A stretch of 64,000 bases of DNA from Desulfomonile tiedjei (lineage in GTDB: Bacteria > Desulfobacterota > Desulfomonilia > Desulfomonilales > Desulfomonilaceae): positions 13,726-77,725 of the forward strand of contig JACRDF010000043.1 in NCBI GenBank assembly GCA_016212925.1, written 5' to 3'. Below, piece after piece: positions 9,467 to 19,422 of the stretch. Position 1 is the stretch's first letter. Every line of letters starts with the position of its first letter. The position numbers were made by a program, and so were the translations under genes. Under the pieces are notes generated by a model that was given only the letters and a program-made list of their open reading frames with translations, searched no databases and was not told the DNA's origin.

Positions 9467-10399
9467 CTATTTCTTGAACGGAGGCACTTTCAAGAACCTG
9501 CACAACTCCTCAATAGGCCCGTAGTCGAGCGCATCCACGAATTTCTCCAGCTTGCGAGCCTGTTCCAGCGCGGGGTGACCCGGTGGAATGTTTAGCAGAG
9601 CTTGCTGCAACTTTCTCGAGGTGTCCTCCGGAGTGTCTTTCAAAGTCGCTACGGGCCAGTCGGGATACAATGGAGTGCTGCAGAGTTCCGGGAAGCCGGG
9701 GTGATTCATCCTATTGATGATAATAAAATCGCCGATGCTTATCTTGCCTTCTCGTTGCATAGTCTCAAGGATATTGTTTCTTACAGTGCCCACATCGGCT
9801 TTTCCGTCTTTCACTGCATAGACGACCTGGTCATGAGATTCTTTCTCTGTTTCCAAGAGGAGTTTGAAATCCCGTTCCGGAGATATCCCATTCCGTACAA
9901 TCTCACCTTTTTGAAAGAGCCATCCCCCTGGTGAGGAGAGTTTCGGAACCATCACCGTTTTGCCCCGCATGTCTTCAATTTTCGCGATTCCGCTGTCCTT
10001 ACGAGCAAATATCACGCCGCCCATAGTCTCACCGGAGCCTTTGTACTTAACGGTAACAAGAGCTTTGGCGCCCTTGAGAACTTTCGCTCTCACATAGAAC
10101 CACGGATTCGTGAAAATAAACCCGGAGCGCTCCACATCGCAGAAGTCCATGAACTCGCTGAACTTGAGAGGCACTATGGTCACTTTGTCGTCGAGCTTTT
10201 CGCTCAAGTAGGCGGCGATGCCCCCCCATTCTTCCAAGGCCTTTTCAGGTCCACGTTGAGCGAGCATGCCGATCTTGATCTCGCTGACCGCTATAGATGG
10301 GCACACAGCCAGCGTAATGAACGCCAAAACTGCAATGAAGCGTGTTTTCATCTTGAAGTTCCTCCCCACAGTTCTCAGGGCTTTAATATTGGATTTCAA
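9467..10399 (-). CDS. PhnD/SsuA-like periplasmic solute-binding protein (phosphonate-ABC-type SBP fold), standalone
   Basis: Signal peptide (MKTRFIAVLAFITLAVCPSIAVS). It has PhnD-like features: IKIGMLAQRGPEKALEEWGGIAAYLSEKL, GETMGGVIFARKDSGI, SSPGGW. No ABC permease or ATPase gene is adjacent. Confidence 0.6.
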   Translation of the reverse strand: MKSNIKALRTVGRNFKMKTRFIAVLAFITLAVCPSIAVSEIKIGMLAQRGPEKALEEWGGIAAYLSEKLDDKVTIVPLKFSEFMDFCDVERSGFIFTNPWFYVRAKVLKGAKALVTVKYKGSGETMGGVIFARKDSGIAKIEDMRGKTVMVPKLSSPGGWLFQKGEIVRNGISPERDFKLLLETEKESHDQVVYAVKDGKADVGTVRNNILETMQREGKISIGDFIIINRMNHPGFPELCSTPLYPDWPVATLKDTPEDTSRKLQQALLNIPPGHPALEQARKLEKFVDALDYGPIEELCRFLKVPPFKK

Positions 10400-10624
10400 A
10401 TCGTTGGATTTGAGCGCAGCAGAAATCCGAAGCCACCGGATTGCGTGCTAAAGTTCATTCTAGTGGATTGGCGCTCCTGTGGCAAGCACCACGTTTGTCT
10501 ATAAAAAAATGAGTTATTACAAAGTTGAACATGTTATATATCAAGTATTATATCTTATAATATTGCAATTCTTCGTAATTAATGATAAACTCGACCAGTT
10601 GCATTCAACAGGAGGACCTCCTTC

Positions 10625-11437
10625 ATGATCGTTCACTTCATCGTCATTTCCATTCAATGCGCAGCCCTGGCCGCATTCCTCATAATCTGGTACTCCTGGG
10701 CCAGGAAAAAAATTGAAATCCCCGTGACCGGCGATGACAATGATAAAATCCTTTTCCCTTTCCGCCATTTTTCCTGGATGCTCATGGGCTTGGTCTTCGT
10801 CACTTGTCTGCTGCAAATTCACTTCATACGGGTCTCCGCCAGTGTTCATGAGAAGCTGGCAGCGATGAGCAATTTTTACACGAATCATGAGCAGAGCATT
10901 CGTTCGCTTGACGAACTCAAGGACATGCTCGAAAAACTGCGCAGAGACATCGATGCCAACTCCAGAAGCTTGCGCGCACACGCAATTGCCAGGGACTCGA
11001 ATTCCAAGCTTTCCGAAAAGGTTGCCGACCTTGCCGTAACGAATGTCGACCAGGTGAAGACCGAGGCCCTGGCCAGTCTCCGGGTATTGCGAGACGTTCA
11101 AACCAACAACGCCTTTGCCAAGGAAGCCAAAGCTTCCTCTCCAACTCCTCAGCCTGTTCATCCCTCTGCGCGTGGGAACGAGACCCCGCGACAAGCGGAT
11201 GCCAAGGCGTACTCGATGCGGCTCAGCCGTCTGGGACGTGTGGCGGAGGACCGTTTGTCCGTCAAGAAGCGGCCGGCAGCGAACTCGCCGGTTGTGGAGC
11301 AGTTGGCCTGGGGGCAAGAGGTGAAGGTAACGGAAAAGCGTCAATCAAATGAAGAGATGTGGTTTAGAATAGTCACCCCTTCAGGTCGCTCCGGGTGGGT
11401 TGATTACCGGCAAGTTAAATTGGACGGGAATTCTTAG
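10625..11437 (+). CDS. Membrane protein with a C-terminal bacterial SH3 domain
   Basis: Two N-terminal TM segments, a coiled-coil middle and a C-terminal SH3b-like region (WFRIVTPSGRSGWVDYRQVKL). A very AT-rich palindromic region lies upstream at 10505-10620. Confidence 0.5.
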   Translation: MIVHFIVISIQCAALAAFLIIWYSWARKKIEIPVTGDDNDKILFPFRHFSWMLMGLVFVTCLLQIHFIRVSASVHEKLAAMSNFYTNHEQSIRSLDELKDMLEKLRRDIDANSRSLRAHAIARDSNSKLSEKVADLAVTNVDQVKTEALASLRVLRDVQTNNAFAKEAKASSPTPQPVHPSARGNETPRQADAKAYSMRLSRLGRVAEDRLSVKKRPAANSPVVEQLAWGQEVKVTEKRQSNEEMWFRIVTPSGRSGWVDYRQVKLDGNS

Positions 11438-11540
11438 ACGGCCGCCATTCGGACCGCTCAGATCATTTTAGCGTCTCGGAAACCCGGCTTGGGTCCTTCC
11501 CGCGCCTTCTTGGGCAGATTCCCCGCTTTCTCGGTATCTG

Positions 11541-11577
11541 TTTTTCATATACTATAACGTTTTCATATATTATAAGT
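11541..11577 (+). promoter_or_regulatory. Tandem direct repeat ttttcatatactataacg / ttttcatatattataag upstream of the response-regulator gene
   Basis: Two adjacent 17-18 bp near-identical units 180 bp upstream of the ATG at 11759, in an AT-rich stretch. Confidence 0.3.
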
Positions 11578-11758
11578 TTCTCCAGACATGCTTAACCTCC
11601 TCATGGCAAGCTGAAGAAGTGGGGGACTCTCAGAGCGTCTTGGCGTGGAGAAGTCGCGTGAGCACGAGAGTTCCAATTTTCCTACGCCGCAAACCCGTGT
11701 CTGAAACCGGAGGCCAATCTCGGGTCAAAGACCACAATGAGGAAGAGGTGCAAAAGCC

Positions 11759-13438
11759 ATGGCCAAAGCACGAATCCTTGTGGTGGAGGATGAAGGCATA
11801 ATCGCCGAAGACCTTCAAATGAGCCTGCGTGACCATGGTTACAACGTTTTCGCTGTGGTCACTACCGGCGAGGAAGCGGTGCGGATCGCTGGGGAGAGCC
11901 GTCCCGATTTGGTGATTATGGATGTGGTGCTACACGGAGAGATGGACGGAATAGAGGCCGCCAACAGGATCCGATCGCGCTTGGGGGTGCCCGTAATATA
12001 TCTGACTGCCTACGCTGACGACAAGATGATTGAACGGGCCAAGATAACGGAACCCTTCGGATATCTTATTAAGCCGTTTCGTGACAGGGAATTGTATTCA
12101 ACCATTGAGTTGGCCCTTTTCAAACACCAACTGGACACAAGGCTAAGAGAGAGCCAGGAGTGGCTTTCGGTGACGCTCAACAGTATCGGTGACGCGTTGA
12201 TAGCGACGGACAGACAGGGCTTAGTCAAATACGCGAACCCTGTGGCGCAAACGCTGACAGGGTGGCGGGAATATGAGGCGAAGGGGCGTCCCCTGAAGGA
12301 GGTCTTTAACAGCACCATCGATCCCGGCCTGCAAGTTCACTGTTCGGCCCGGAATGACGATCCGGCCGTTCAGCCGGAAGACTTCCCTCTGAATAATCAA
12401 ACTGGAATATTGATAAGCAAGGACGGCTCCAAGATGGCCATCGACGCCGGAGCTGCACCCATCTGCGATGCCCGAGGGGCCATCGTGGGTGTCGTCATTG
12501 TTTTCAGGGACATAACAGAGCGCAAACGCGTGGAAGAACGCCTGCGCCTTCTCTCCGAGACCGTGGAGCAAAGTTCCGAAGGCTTGGCCGTCATCTCGCC
12601 CGAGGCGAGAGTAGTGTTTGTCAACAAGGCTTTCGCAGCCATGCATGGTCGAGTTCCGGAGGATTTGATAGGGAAAAACATCTCAGTATTCCACAACCCT
12701 GACCAGATACCGGATGTCCGGGAGGCCAACCGCAAACTGCTTACCGAGGGCTATTTCAGCGGCGAAATGTGGCACGCGCGTGAAGACGGAACAGTGTTCC
12801 CTGGACTGATGCACAACTCTGTTCTGAGAGACAATGGCGGCAAAATGATAGGCCTGATAGCAACGCTGCGGGACATCACGGATCTGAAGGAGACCCAAGA
12901 AGCCCTTCTTAAGAGTCATCAGGAGCTTGAAACCTATTCCTCTTCTTTGGAAGCCAAGGTCGAAGAAAGGACCAAGGACCTTGAGCGCTCACGAATAGAA
13001 CTCAAGAAATACTCCGAAAGTCTGGAGAAAACCAACGAGGCACTTAGAATCATTATTGAAGGGATCGAAGAGCAGAAAAAGGAGGTTGAAAAAAGGATCG
13101 TCCATAATATCAACCTGACCGTCAGACCGATATTGGATCAATTGAAATCGCAGGACATTTCCGAGACGGTGGGATTTCTCCTACAGTCACTGGAATTCAA
13201 CTTGACCAATATCTTCTCGTCTTTCGGGTTCAACATTATGCAGGGGGGGCATTTGTTGACTCCCCGCGAAATCAGGATTTGCGAGATGATCCGTTCCGGG
13301 CTCTCATCGAAACAGATCGCCAAGGTCATGGGCATTTCTCCCCAAACAGTCCTTGTGCATCGCAAGAACGTAAGGAAAAAGCTCGCGTTAGGCAAATCCA
13401 GGCGCAATCTGGCGTCATTCTTGAAAGCGAACCTCTAA
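11759..13438 (+). CDS. Response regulator with CheY-like receiver, two PAS domains, a coiled coil and a C-terminal LuxR-type HTH
   Basis: The receiver domain is ILVVEDEGIIAEDL...DLVIMDVVL...K. PAS signatures (e.g. ATLRDITDLKET) follow. The C-terminal LuxR HTH reads REIRICEMIRSGLSSKQIAKVMGISPQTVLVHRKNVRKKL. Confidence 0.8.
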   Translation: MAKARILVVEDEGIIAEDLQMSLRDHGYNVFAVVTTGEEAVRIAGESRPDLVIMDVVLHGEMDGIEAANRIRSRLGVPVIYLTAYADDKMIERAKITEPFGYLIKPFRDRELYSTIELALFKHQLDTRLRESQEWLSVTLNSIGDALIATDRQGLVKYANPVAQTLTGWREYEAKGRPLKEVFNSTIDPGLQVHCSARNDDPAVQPEDFPLNNQTGILISKDGSKMAIDAGAAPICDARGAIVGVVIVFRDITERKRVEERLRLLSETVEQSSEGLAVISPEARVVFVNKAFAAMHGRVPEDLIGKNISVFHNPDQIPDVREANRKLLTEGYFSGEMWHAREDGTVFPGLMHNSVLRDNGGKMIGLIATLRDITDLKETQEALLKSHQELETYSSSLEAKVEERTKDLERSRIELKKYSESLEKTNEALRIIIEGIEEQKKEVEKRIVHNINLTVRPILDQLKSQDISETVGFLLQSLEFNLTNIFSSFGFNIMQGGHLLTPREIRICEMIRSGLSSKQIAKVMGISPQTVLVHRKNVRKKLALGKSRRNLASFLKANL

Positions 13439-13936
13439 TACCAACTCCCAGTCTGAAAATTGCCACGACGAATAATGAAAATTCTCAACAGATTTGGTGC
13501 CACGGACATGCCTCGCACCCGTGGCCCCATGCAAAAGCCGCCCCTTCTTTTACGGATGGGTTATTCCATAGGAAGCTGTTTCATGCTGAGTCCAAATTAT
13601 TCGTCCGAATGCAATTATTCTGCGTACGGCGCAGGCCCCCGTGCCTGCCCTGGGACCAACGAAACCCTAGGGCAAGGGCGGACGCGGGGGTCCGTGCCGT
13701 ACGAGGCCGAGGCTTCTCTTTGAACCTGAGAAATGTCGTCGCACACGGTTTCGGGAGACAAATCGGACAGTAATTTTGCCAGTTCCTATGAAAACGCCTC
13801 GAAGACAACCGGCAAGATGCCGGCGCCACCGGCGTTTTCATAATTCGTTGTGGCGCTTCCCGCCATGGCAGTTGCTATAGAATTCATTCGGAACTTACCG
13901 GGCCGTGGTTGCCGGCAACCAAAAGATACCCGCGCA

Positions 13937-14314
13937 TCAATATTCGGGATTGTGGGTCCAGTCACAGATGTAGATGTATCCGTTCCAGTCGCACGTTGAA
14001 TTAGAGGTGCCGTAGTATCCCTCGCTATCGTAATAATACGGCAGGAAATCTCTGTGGTAAGGACTCAGCCCGAAGTACCTGCCGTTACCGTTGACGCCAT
14101 CCCGGGAACGACCTACGTATGCGTCCGACCCTCCTCGCCGAACACCGGGGCTGTAACCCTGGGCCGTCAAAAAAACCGCCCGTTCCGCCGTGGCGGACAG
14201 CAGAGTGAACGTGCCGGCGGTAGGTTGCTCCGCATATGCGAGACCGGCCCCCAACAATCCAAGTGCTGCAACGGCAGTTATTGTCAACCCCAACAAAGCT
14301 ATTCCGGCCTTCAT
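13937..14314 (-). CDS. Small secreted hypothetical protein (signal peptide; Gly/Tyr-rich C-terminal half)
   Basis: Signal peptide MKAGIALLGLTITAVAALGLLGAGLAYA with an RBS-like sequence. The mature part is rich in G, Y and R; it has Cys-containing WNGYIYICDW. Confidence 0.4.
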   Translation of the reverse strand: MKAGIALLGLTITAVAALGLLGAGLAYAEQPTAGTFTLLSATAERAVFLTAQGYSPGVRRGGSDAYVGRSRDGVNGNGRYFGLSPYHRDFLPYYYDSEGYYGTSNSTCDWNGYIYICDWTHNPEY

Positions 14315-14539
14315 GTGATTGTCCTCCCTGCTTACTCACCTCGGTGCTATTAATTTGGATGCGCATCGAGATGGTGAAGATTCAGCCGGGGAGGACAATT
14401 TCATGAAGGCGTGAGCCGCCTCATTTCTTTCCTGTTCCGAACAGGTCTTTCAGACGCATAAGGAGCACCTGGTCACCGGAGGTATTGTACTTCCCCTGCA
14501 CGAACGTCCGTTGACCATCATCTTGAACGCAAGCACGCA

Positions 14540-15616
14540 CTAATCCACCACTATTTTTGTTCCTCGGTTTGCTGCCCGCTTAAAATACCAATCCATAAGG
14601 TGATCGGGAGGGGCTTCGTGGGCACTTTCTGGCTTGCGGACCAGGGTTATGGACTCGGTCGCGCACGTGGGGACACATACCCCGCACCCTATGCATCGAT
14701 CCTGCTGGACTTCATATCCCCCGTCTTCTTCGGAAATAGCCTTTACAGGGCACCGTTCATCCGCGCATACGCCGCAGGCCGCGCATGTTTCCTGATTTAT
14801 GGCGGCGTGATAGTTGCTCCTAGCCATAGCATGCGGCGCGTTATAATCCGTCATTGCCTTGATCACTCCACAGCAGCAAGAGCAGCAGTTACAGACAAAC
14901 ATCTGGTCGTTCTGCACATTGTATGTCATATGGACGAGCCCTTCCTGGTCGCACTTCTCCACTACCACCAGGGCTTCCTCTCTAGATATGACCTTTCCCA
15001 GAGGAAACTTGTCGAACGCTCCCTCGTGATTGGAAAATGCCATGCATACCTCCATCGGGTGCTTGCACGGCTCGCCCATCAGTCCCCTCTCCTTCTTGCA
15101 AATACAGTCCATGAGTTGAAACGACTTAGCCTTCTCAAGAGTGCTCCGGAGGTCCTCGTAAGGCCTCACCTGGTGCTGGCCATCGATCTGGATATTAACC
15201 GGGACCACTCTCATTAATGCCGGAGCGTAATGTCCCAAGGTACCCATAAGGGAGGGTTCGTACTCCGCCATCAGCTCGGCTAGTTCCCGGTCCAATCTGG
15301 GTTGCTGAAACTCCCAAATCCCAAATACAAAGGGAAAGAAAAGGTAAAACTGTTGATCATTCACCCTGGCGGACCCGATCTGGCCTTTTTCTACCATGTT
15401 ACGAAGAATGATCTCCATTTCGTCCACGGGTTTTCCCAGGCGCCCACCGATTTGAGTTGCTGTCTCCGGAATGGGCCTTATTTTAAGAGCCAAGTCCGCT
15501 TCTTCCGCGGTGAATATCTTTTGAAGGATTTTGAGTTCCACCCCACTTTCGGTGGAAGGAAAGCCATTCGGCAATTCGTCCAGTTTTTTAGCTAATCTCT
15601 TGTAAACATCCGGCAT
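14540..15616 (-). CDS. Multi-cluster Fe-S protein with two 4Fe-4S ferredoxin motifs plus an extra Cys-rich cluster (CNCCSCCC)
   Basis: CxxCxxCxxxCP motifs are seen twice (CAACGVCADERCP, CIGCGVCVPTCA), plus CNCCSCCCG. The likely start is MPDVYKRL. It is last in the PadR operon. Confidence 0.55.
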   Translation of the reverse strand: MPDVYKRLAKKLDELPNGFPSTESGVELKILQKIFTAEEADLALKIRPIPETATQIGGRLGKPVDEMEIILRNMVEKGQIGSARVNDQQFYLFFPFVFGIWEFQQPRLDRELAELMAEYEPSLMGTLGHYAPALMRVVPVNIQIDGQHQVRPYEDLRSTLEKAKSFQLMDCICKKERGLMGEPCKHPMEVCMAFSNHEGAFDKFPLGKVISREEALVVVEKCDQEGLVHMTYNVQNDQMFVCNCCSCCCGVIKAMTDYNAPHAMARSNYHAAINQETCAACGVCADERCPVKAISEEDGGYEVQQDRCIGCGVCVPTCATESITLVRKPESAHEAPPDHLMDWYFKRAANRGTKIVVD

Positions 15617-15734
15617 GACAGCGCTCCTTTCGCGTAGAAGGCACATGGAAGAGATTTCACAGGATCACCGGGACAGGATCCGTTTCGCATAGGCATTCAG
15701 GCTCGAGTGGGAAACGATTCGTCGGAGCCCCCAC

Positions 15735-17615
15735 TTATTTCTTTGCTTTCCCGAAAAGGTCTTTCAACCGCATAAGGAGCATCAAATCGCCGGAGGTCTT
15801 GTACTTCTGTTGCATGAACATCTGCTGTCCGTCGGCTTTGCCGGTCATGATGTCCATCCAGACATCAAAGGGAGAGTCGATGGTCAAATCCGGTTTCTCT
15901 GCGGGTCCCGCTTTGGCCTCTATCTTCCCGTCCTCGATCTTAAAGTAACAGACCCCGTCAACCGAGCCGGAAAAGTTGAATTGGATGACGGCCCTGGTGT
16001 CGCCCGCGCCTTCAGGATTAAATCCGCTCGGCATAATGACCATGAAGGTCTCTAGAGAATCCGGACGCGGCGTCAAACCTTTCTGATTGAATTCCGCGGG
16101 AGTCAATCCTTCCTGGATACAGGTTTTCCAGAATGCATTCCCCATCTTTGCAAACGAGTCAAAGTCGGTCACGATTGGCTGGGCGATCCGTTCCATTGTC
16201 GCCTGAGAGATCTTCGTGGATGCAACCAGTTCCTTGCCGGCTTGCATCGTAGCTTCGAGGACTTGTCCTGCCGTCTCAGCCACTCCCGGCAAGGTCAGCA
16301 TTTCGGCCGCGGGCCGGTAGATCTCGGCCACGAGCCCTTCACGGAATAGGAAGGTCACGTAAGAAGACAGTTGTGCAAAGACCGACGCTTCCGGAAAACC
16401 AGCCACGGACAGGACGACAGATCGAGGAGGCGTTTGGCGTAGCGGATGGGAGGTCTTGTCGTTGCTTCGCTGAAAAAATGGCTCCACAACGGGCAGGGTT
16501 CGTTCGATGAAAGCCTTCATGGTCGCGTTTACGGTGTAATGATACAAAGGTGTGGCGTAGATGACGAGGTCCGCGGCGAGCCACTTGGGGAACAGCTCAT
16601 TGGCCATATCGTCTTTATGGATGCAAACTCCTGGGGTTTTGGTCCAACACGTGAAGCAACCAATGCAATTTTTGACCTTCTTGTGACGCAGCTGGACGGT
16701 TTCCACCTCCGCGCCCGCGTCGCTCATCCCTTTGACCAGGGCGTCCAGCATAATCCCTGTCTTACTGGTCCCGTCGCCTCTCGGGCTGGAGTTAAGAGCA
16801 ATGACTTTCATAGGAGCCTCCTCTTGACGTTGTGTAAAATTCGACGATTCCTTATCTCTTGATGTGCCGGCAGGCGCTGGTTTAGCCGCGGGGAGTTCAA
16901 CTCCGGCACGTATCGCGTTTGAAACGGCACCTGTGCCCGAAACGATTGCTGCGCCGCCCGAAGAGGACTGGGCAAGTTTTCGCATCCCGGCCAGGCCCGG
17001 CAAACCCATGCGTTTGAGGTAATAGTCCGGGAACCGGATGTTGAACGGCATACCAACGGCGAGAATCACGGTGATGGGAATCAAGGCGCGTGTCACCACG
17101 GACGGATAAAGGCTCAGGACGACGCAAACCGCAAAGATCCCTGCCCAGACAAGGGTCATGATCCGATTAATGTTAGCGAAGATTGGGGTGCCCCAAACCA
17201 TCTGGGGCGCGGTTTTCTTGGCATAATGATATGTGAACGGCTCGAAACCGAGGATGAGAGGGAAGAAAGCCACGGAAAACATGCAGAGGTAGATCCCGGT
17301 TACTGCGTACTCGGTCAGGATAGCTCCGGCTGTTCCGGGCCACAAAGCGAGAGATGCGGTAATCACAAGGAAATACGCGGAAACGGCCCAGTCAAAGTAG
17401 GTCGGCTTGTCCCAGCGACTCGCCAGCACCAAGACGATGACGCAATAGATGAGCATGGCGCCGGCTGCTGCCAATAAGCTGCCCGGATCCCTCCCCACAG
17501 AGGCCCAGATCTTGAAGAACGCCAGAGGCGGAAAAGGGGCGCTGTAAAGAAGGATCTGTTGTGCCTTGGTTGGGTTTGGCAGTGCTCTTTCCTTTGCAAG
17601 AGATTCATTCTTCAT
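15735..17615 (-). CDS. Three-part fusion: N-terminal polytopic membrane domain, iron-sulfur flavoprotein (NADPH-dependent FMN reductase/flavodoxin-like, Isf-type) domain, and a C-terminal SCP2 sterol/lipid-carrier domain
   Basis: About 6 TM helices in the first ~230 aa. The flavoprotein core is MKVIALNSSPRGDGTSKTG...NCIGCFTCWTKTPGVC (the Isf CX2CX2CX7C motif). The C-terminus (GDTRAVIQFNFSGSVDGVCYFKIEDGKI...FMQQKYKTSGDLMLLMRLKDLFG) matches SCP2. Start chosen at MKNESL, which has a GAGGA RBS. Confidence 0.65.
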   Translation of the reverse strand: MKNESLAKERALPNPTKAQQILLYSAPFPPLAFFKIWASVGRDPGSLLAAAGAMLIYCVIVLVLASRWDKPTYFDWAVSAYFLVITASLALWPGTAGAILTEYAVTGIYLCMFSVAFFPLILGFEPFTYHYAKKTAPQMVWGTPIFANINRIMTLVWAGIFAVCVVLSLYPSVVTRALIPITVILAVGMPFNIRFPDYYLKRMGLPGLAGMRKLAQSSSGGAAIVSGTGAVSNAIRAGVELPAAKPAPAGTSRDKESSNFTQRQEEAPMKVIALNSSPRGDGTSKTGIMLDALVKGMSDAGAEVETVQLRHKKVKNCIGCFTCWTKTPGVCIHKDDMANELFPKWLAADLVIYATPLYHYTVNATMKAFIERTLPVVEPFFQRSNDKTSHPLRQTPPRSVVLSVAGFPEASVFAQLSSYVTFLFREGLVAEIYRPAAEMLTLPGVAETAGQVLEATMQAGKELVASTKISQATMERIAQPIVTDFDSFAKMGNAFWKTCIQEGLTPAEFNQKGLTPRPDSLETFMVIMPSGFNPEGAGDTRAVIQFNFSGSVDGVCYFKIEDGKIEAKAGPAEKPDLTIDSPFDVWMDIMTGKADGQQMFMQQKYKTSGDLMLLMRLKDLFGKAKK

Positions 17616-17738
17616 GTTTCCACAATCCTCACACGAGCGCACCGTGGAATCGCACGCCCACAAAAGGGAAGCGATCGTAAGGAGGCCGTCCGCATATTTG
17701 TACGGCGATGACGATCGGCTGCGGGCGGCTCCGTCCCA

Positions 17739-19382
17739 TCACGCCCAGTCCTCCATGAGCATTCCGAAAGCCCTCTTTCCTCCGATAAGCACGCCCGTGT
17801 ACCCTCCTCCGGGATCGCCCCACGCGCTGGAGAGGTAGAGTCCTTTTATGGGCGTTCGATTGAGAATACGCGTCATGAAGGAATTATCCATACTCTGTTC
17901 CAAGCCGTATATCGCGCCGGCCGTGTTCAAGGTGTAACGGACGTTCGTCAGGGGCGTGGCTGATTCCTGCACCGCGATCATGGTTCTAAGGCCGGGAATC
18001 AGTTGCTCTTCAACGCGTCGAATCAGGGTCTCGGTAATTTCCTTCTTTCTCGCGTTGTATTCCGTCTTCTTGCCGGCGAAATAATCCTGCTCGAATCGCT
18101 TCCAGGGCTCGTACCCGGTAATGAAGGTTATGGACAGGGTAGTGGTTCCGGGCGGCGAGAGTTCTTTGGCGATGTTGTTATAAATGCATACCCCGATATT
18201 GCTCTTGTCGGCCCGAGCTTCGAGACAATACTGATGGGCTTTTTCAGGATCTTGTTCGGCCTGCAGGAAGACGTGGGAATCCTTGACCGTGTCGGTAATG
18301 TCTTTATTCAACCCAAGCCACACCTGAAAGGACGAAACGCTTGGTTTGAGCGCACGCAGCCTCTGCAGGTAGTCCGAAGGCACGGGCGCCCCGGGAAGCA
18401 TATCCGAAAAGAGGCTGACGATGCTGCAGTTGGCAGCCACAGCCTTGGCCGTCAGAGACTCGCCTCCGGACGTCTTCACTCCCATTGCCCGGCCGTCCTT
18501 GGTGAGCACCTGCGCGACCCTTGTGCCCAATCGAACCTGGCCGCCCTTGGACTCGATCAGTTCAGTGATCGCGTTGCTGATGGCCTGGGAACCCCCGGCA
18601 GGATAAGAACCGCCGTACCGGAAATAGCCTCCGGTTGCGGTCATGTAAAGGAAGCCTGAAAGTTTGCTCGGAGGAAGGCCGTAGTATCCGCAGAGGACTG
18701 ACATCACGGATTTCAACGACGGGTTGGTTGTATATTCATTCAGGTAATCGGCCAGGGTCTTCTTTCTCGCCGCCCACAATCGCGGGAAGCGTAACGGGAA
18801 CAAGGCCTTCTTGAGCGTGGTCAACTCGCCTTCCTCAAAGAGCTTCTCAGTTTCCTCGCTCACTCCCGTCGCGTCAGCCATGAAACCCTGTATGCCCTTC
18901 TTTTCTTGTGGAAATTTCTCCAAGAGGACCTGCTCAAAAGCCTTCGGATCACCTCCGGGACAGGTGACGTCCACCCCTGTGCCAAGGACCCTAAAAAGTT
19001 CACTCGCTCTGTAGAAGCGAACCTTATCGAGGACCCCCAGGTCGGTCAGGATTGCCTTCCCTGCGCCTCCCAGCGCGGTCTGGTGTAGTGAGACATCGAA
19101 TGTGAAACGGCCCCGATCGCGGGTGAAGGTGGTGGCGTATCCCCCTGGAACGTCATGGTGCTCCAGCACAAGGACCTTGAAACCCTGTTTTGCCATGTAT
19201 CCGGCAAAGGTCAGCCCTCCCAGACCCGCGCCGATGACGATGGCGTCGTATTCGCCTTCCTTGGGACGTTGAGCAGAGGCAGGGGTTACCACAGGCACGT
19301 GAAGCGCCGCAGCGGTGGCCCACAATGCGGAGGCCCGGAGGAAAACCCTCCTGTTGATCATACTGAAGTTAAACAGAGACAT
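17739..19382 (-). CDS. Tat-exported FAD-dependent oxidoreductase of the phytoene desaturase / CrtI-like amine-oxidase superfamily
   Basis: Twin-arginine signal (INRRVFLRASALWATAAALHVPVVTPASA). The dinucleotide-binding motif is DAIVIGAGLGGLTFAGYMAKQGFKVLVLEHHDVPGGYATTF. Length (547 aa) and internal motifs fit the CrtI family. Confidence 0.75.
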   Translation of the reverse strand: MSLFNFSMINRRVFLRASALWATAAALHVPVVTPASAQRPKEGEYDAIVIGAGLGGLTFAGYMAKQGFKVLVLEHHDVPGGYATTFTRDRGRFTFDVSLHQTALGGAGKAILTDLGVLDKVRFYRASELFRVLGTGVDVTCPGGDPKAFEQVLLEKFPQEKKGIQGFMADATGVSEETEKLFEEGELTTLKKALFPLRFPRLWAARKKTLADYLNEYTTNPSLKSVMSVLCGYYGLPPSKLSGFLYMTATGGYFRYGGSYPAGGSQAISNAITELIESKGGQVRLGTRVAQVLTKDGRAMGVKTSGGESLTAKAVAANCSIVSLFSDMLPGAPVPSDYLQRLRALKPSVSSFQVWLGLNKDITDTVKDSHVFLQAEQDPEKAHQYCLEARADKSNIGVCIYNNIAKELSPPGTTTLSITFITGYEPWKRFEQDYFAGKKTEYNARKKEITETLIRRVEEQLIPGLRTMIAVQESATPLTNVRYTLNTAGAIYGLEQSMDNSFMTRILNRTPIKGLYLSSAWGDPGGGYTGVLIGGKRAFGMLMEDWA

Positions 19383-19422
19383 CGCGAACCTCCTTCGTGG
19401 GATTCAGACAATCGTTGTAAAT

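Noticed and set aside
8700-9467. Possible chromosomal replication origin / dnaA next to rpmH
   Set aside because: There is no dnaA gene in the window. By eye I found only weak single DnaA-box-like 9-mers (for example ttatcaaca) and no cluster or AT-rich DNA-unwinding element. The region instead contains terminator hairpins.
10541-11344. 267 aa minus-strand ORF overlapping the SH3 membrane-protein gene
   Set aside because: It is antisense to a gene that has convincing TM, SH3 and promoter context. Its composition is typical of frame-shadow ORFs.
13438-13937. 500 bp intergenic region with an 87 aa ORF (13460-13723) and a gtacggc...gccgtac inverted repeat
   Set aside because: The ORF has odd composition and no RBS. 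The inverted repeat might form a hairpin, but I could not link it to a known RNA family. I left it as unassigned intergenic DNA.
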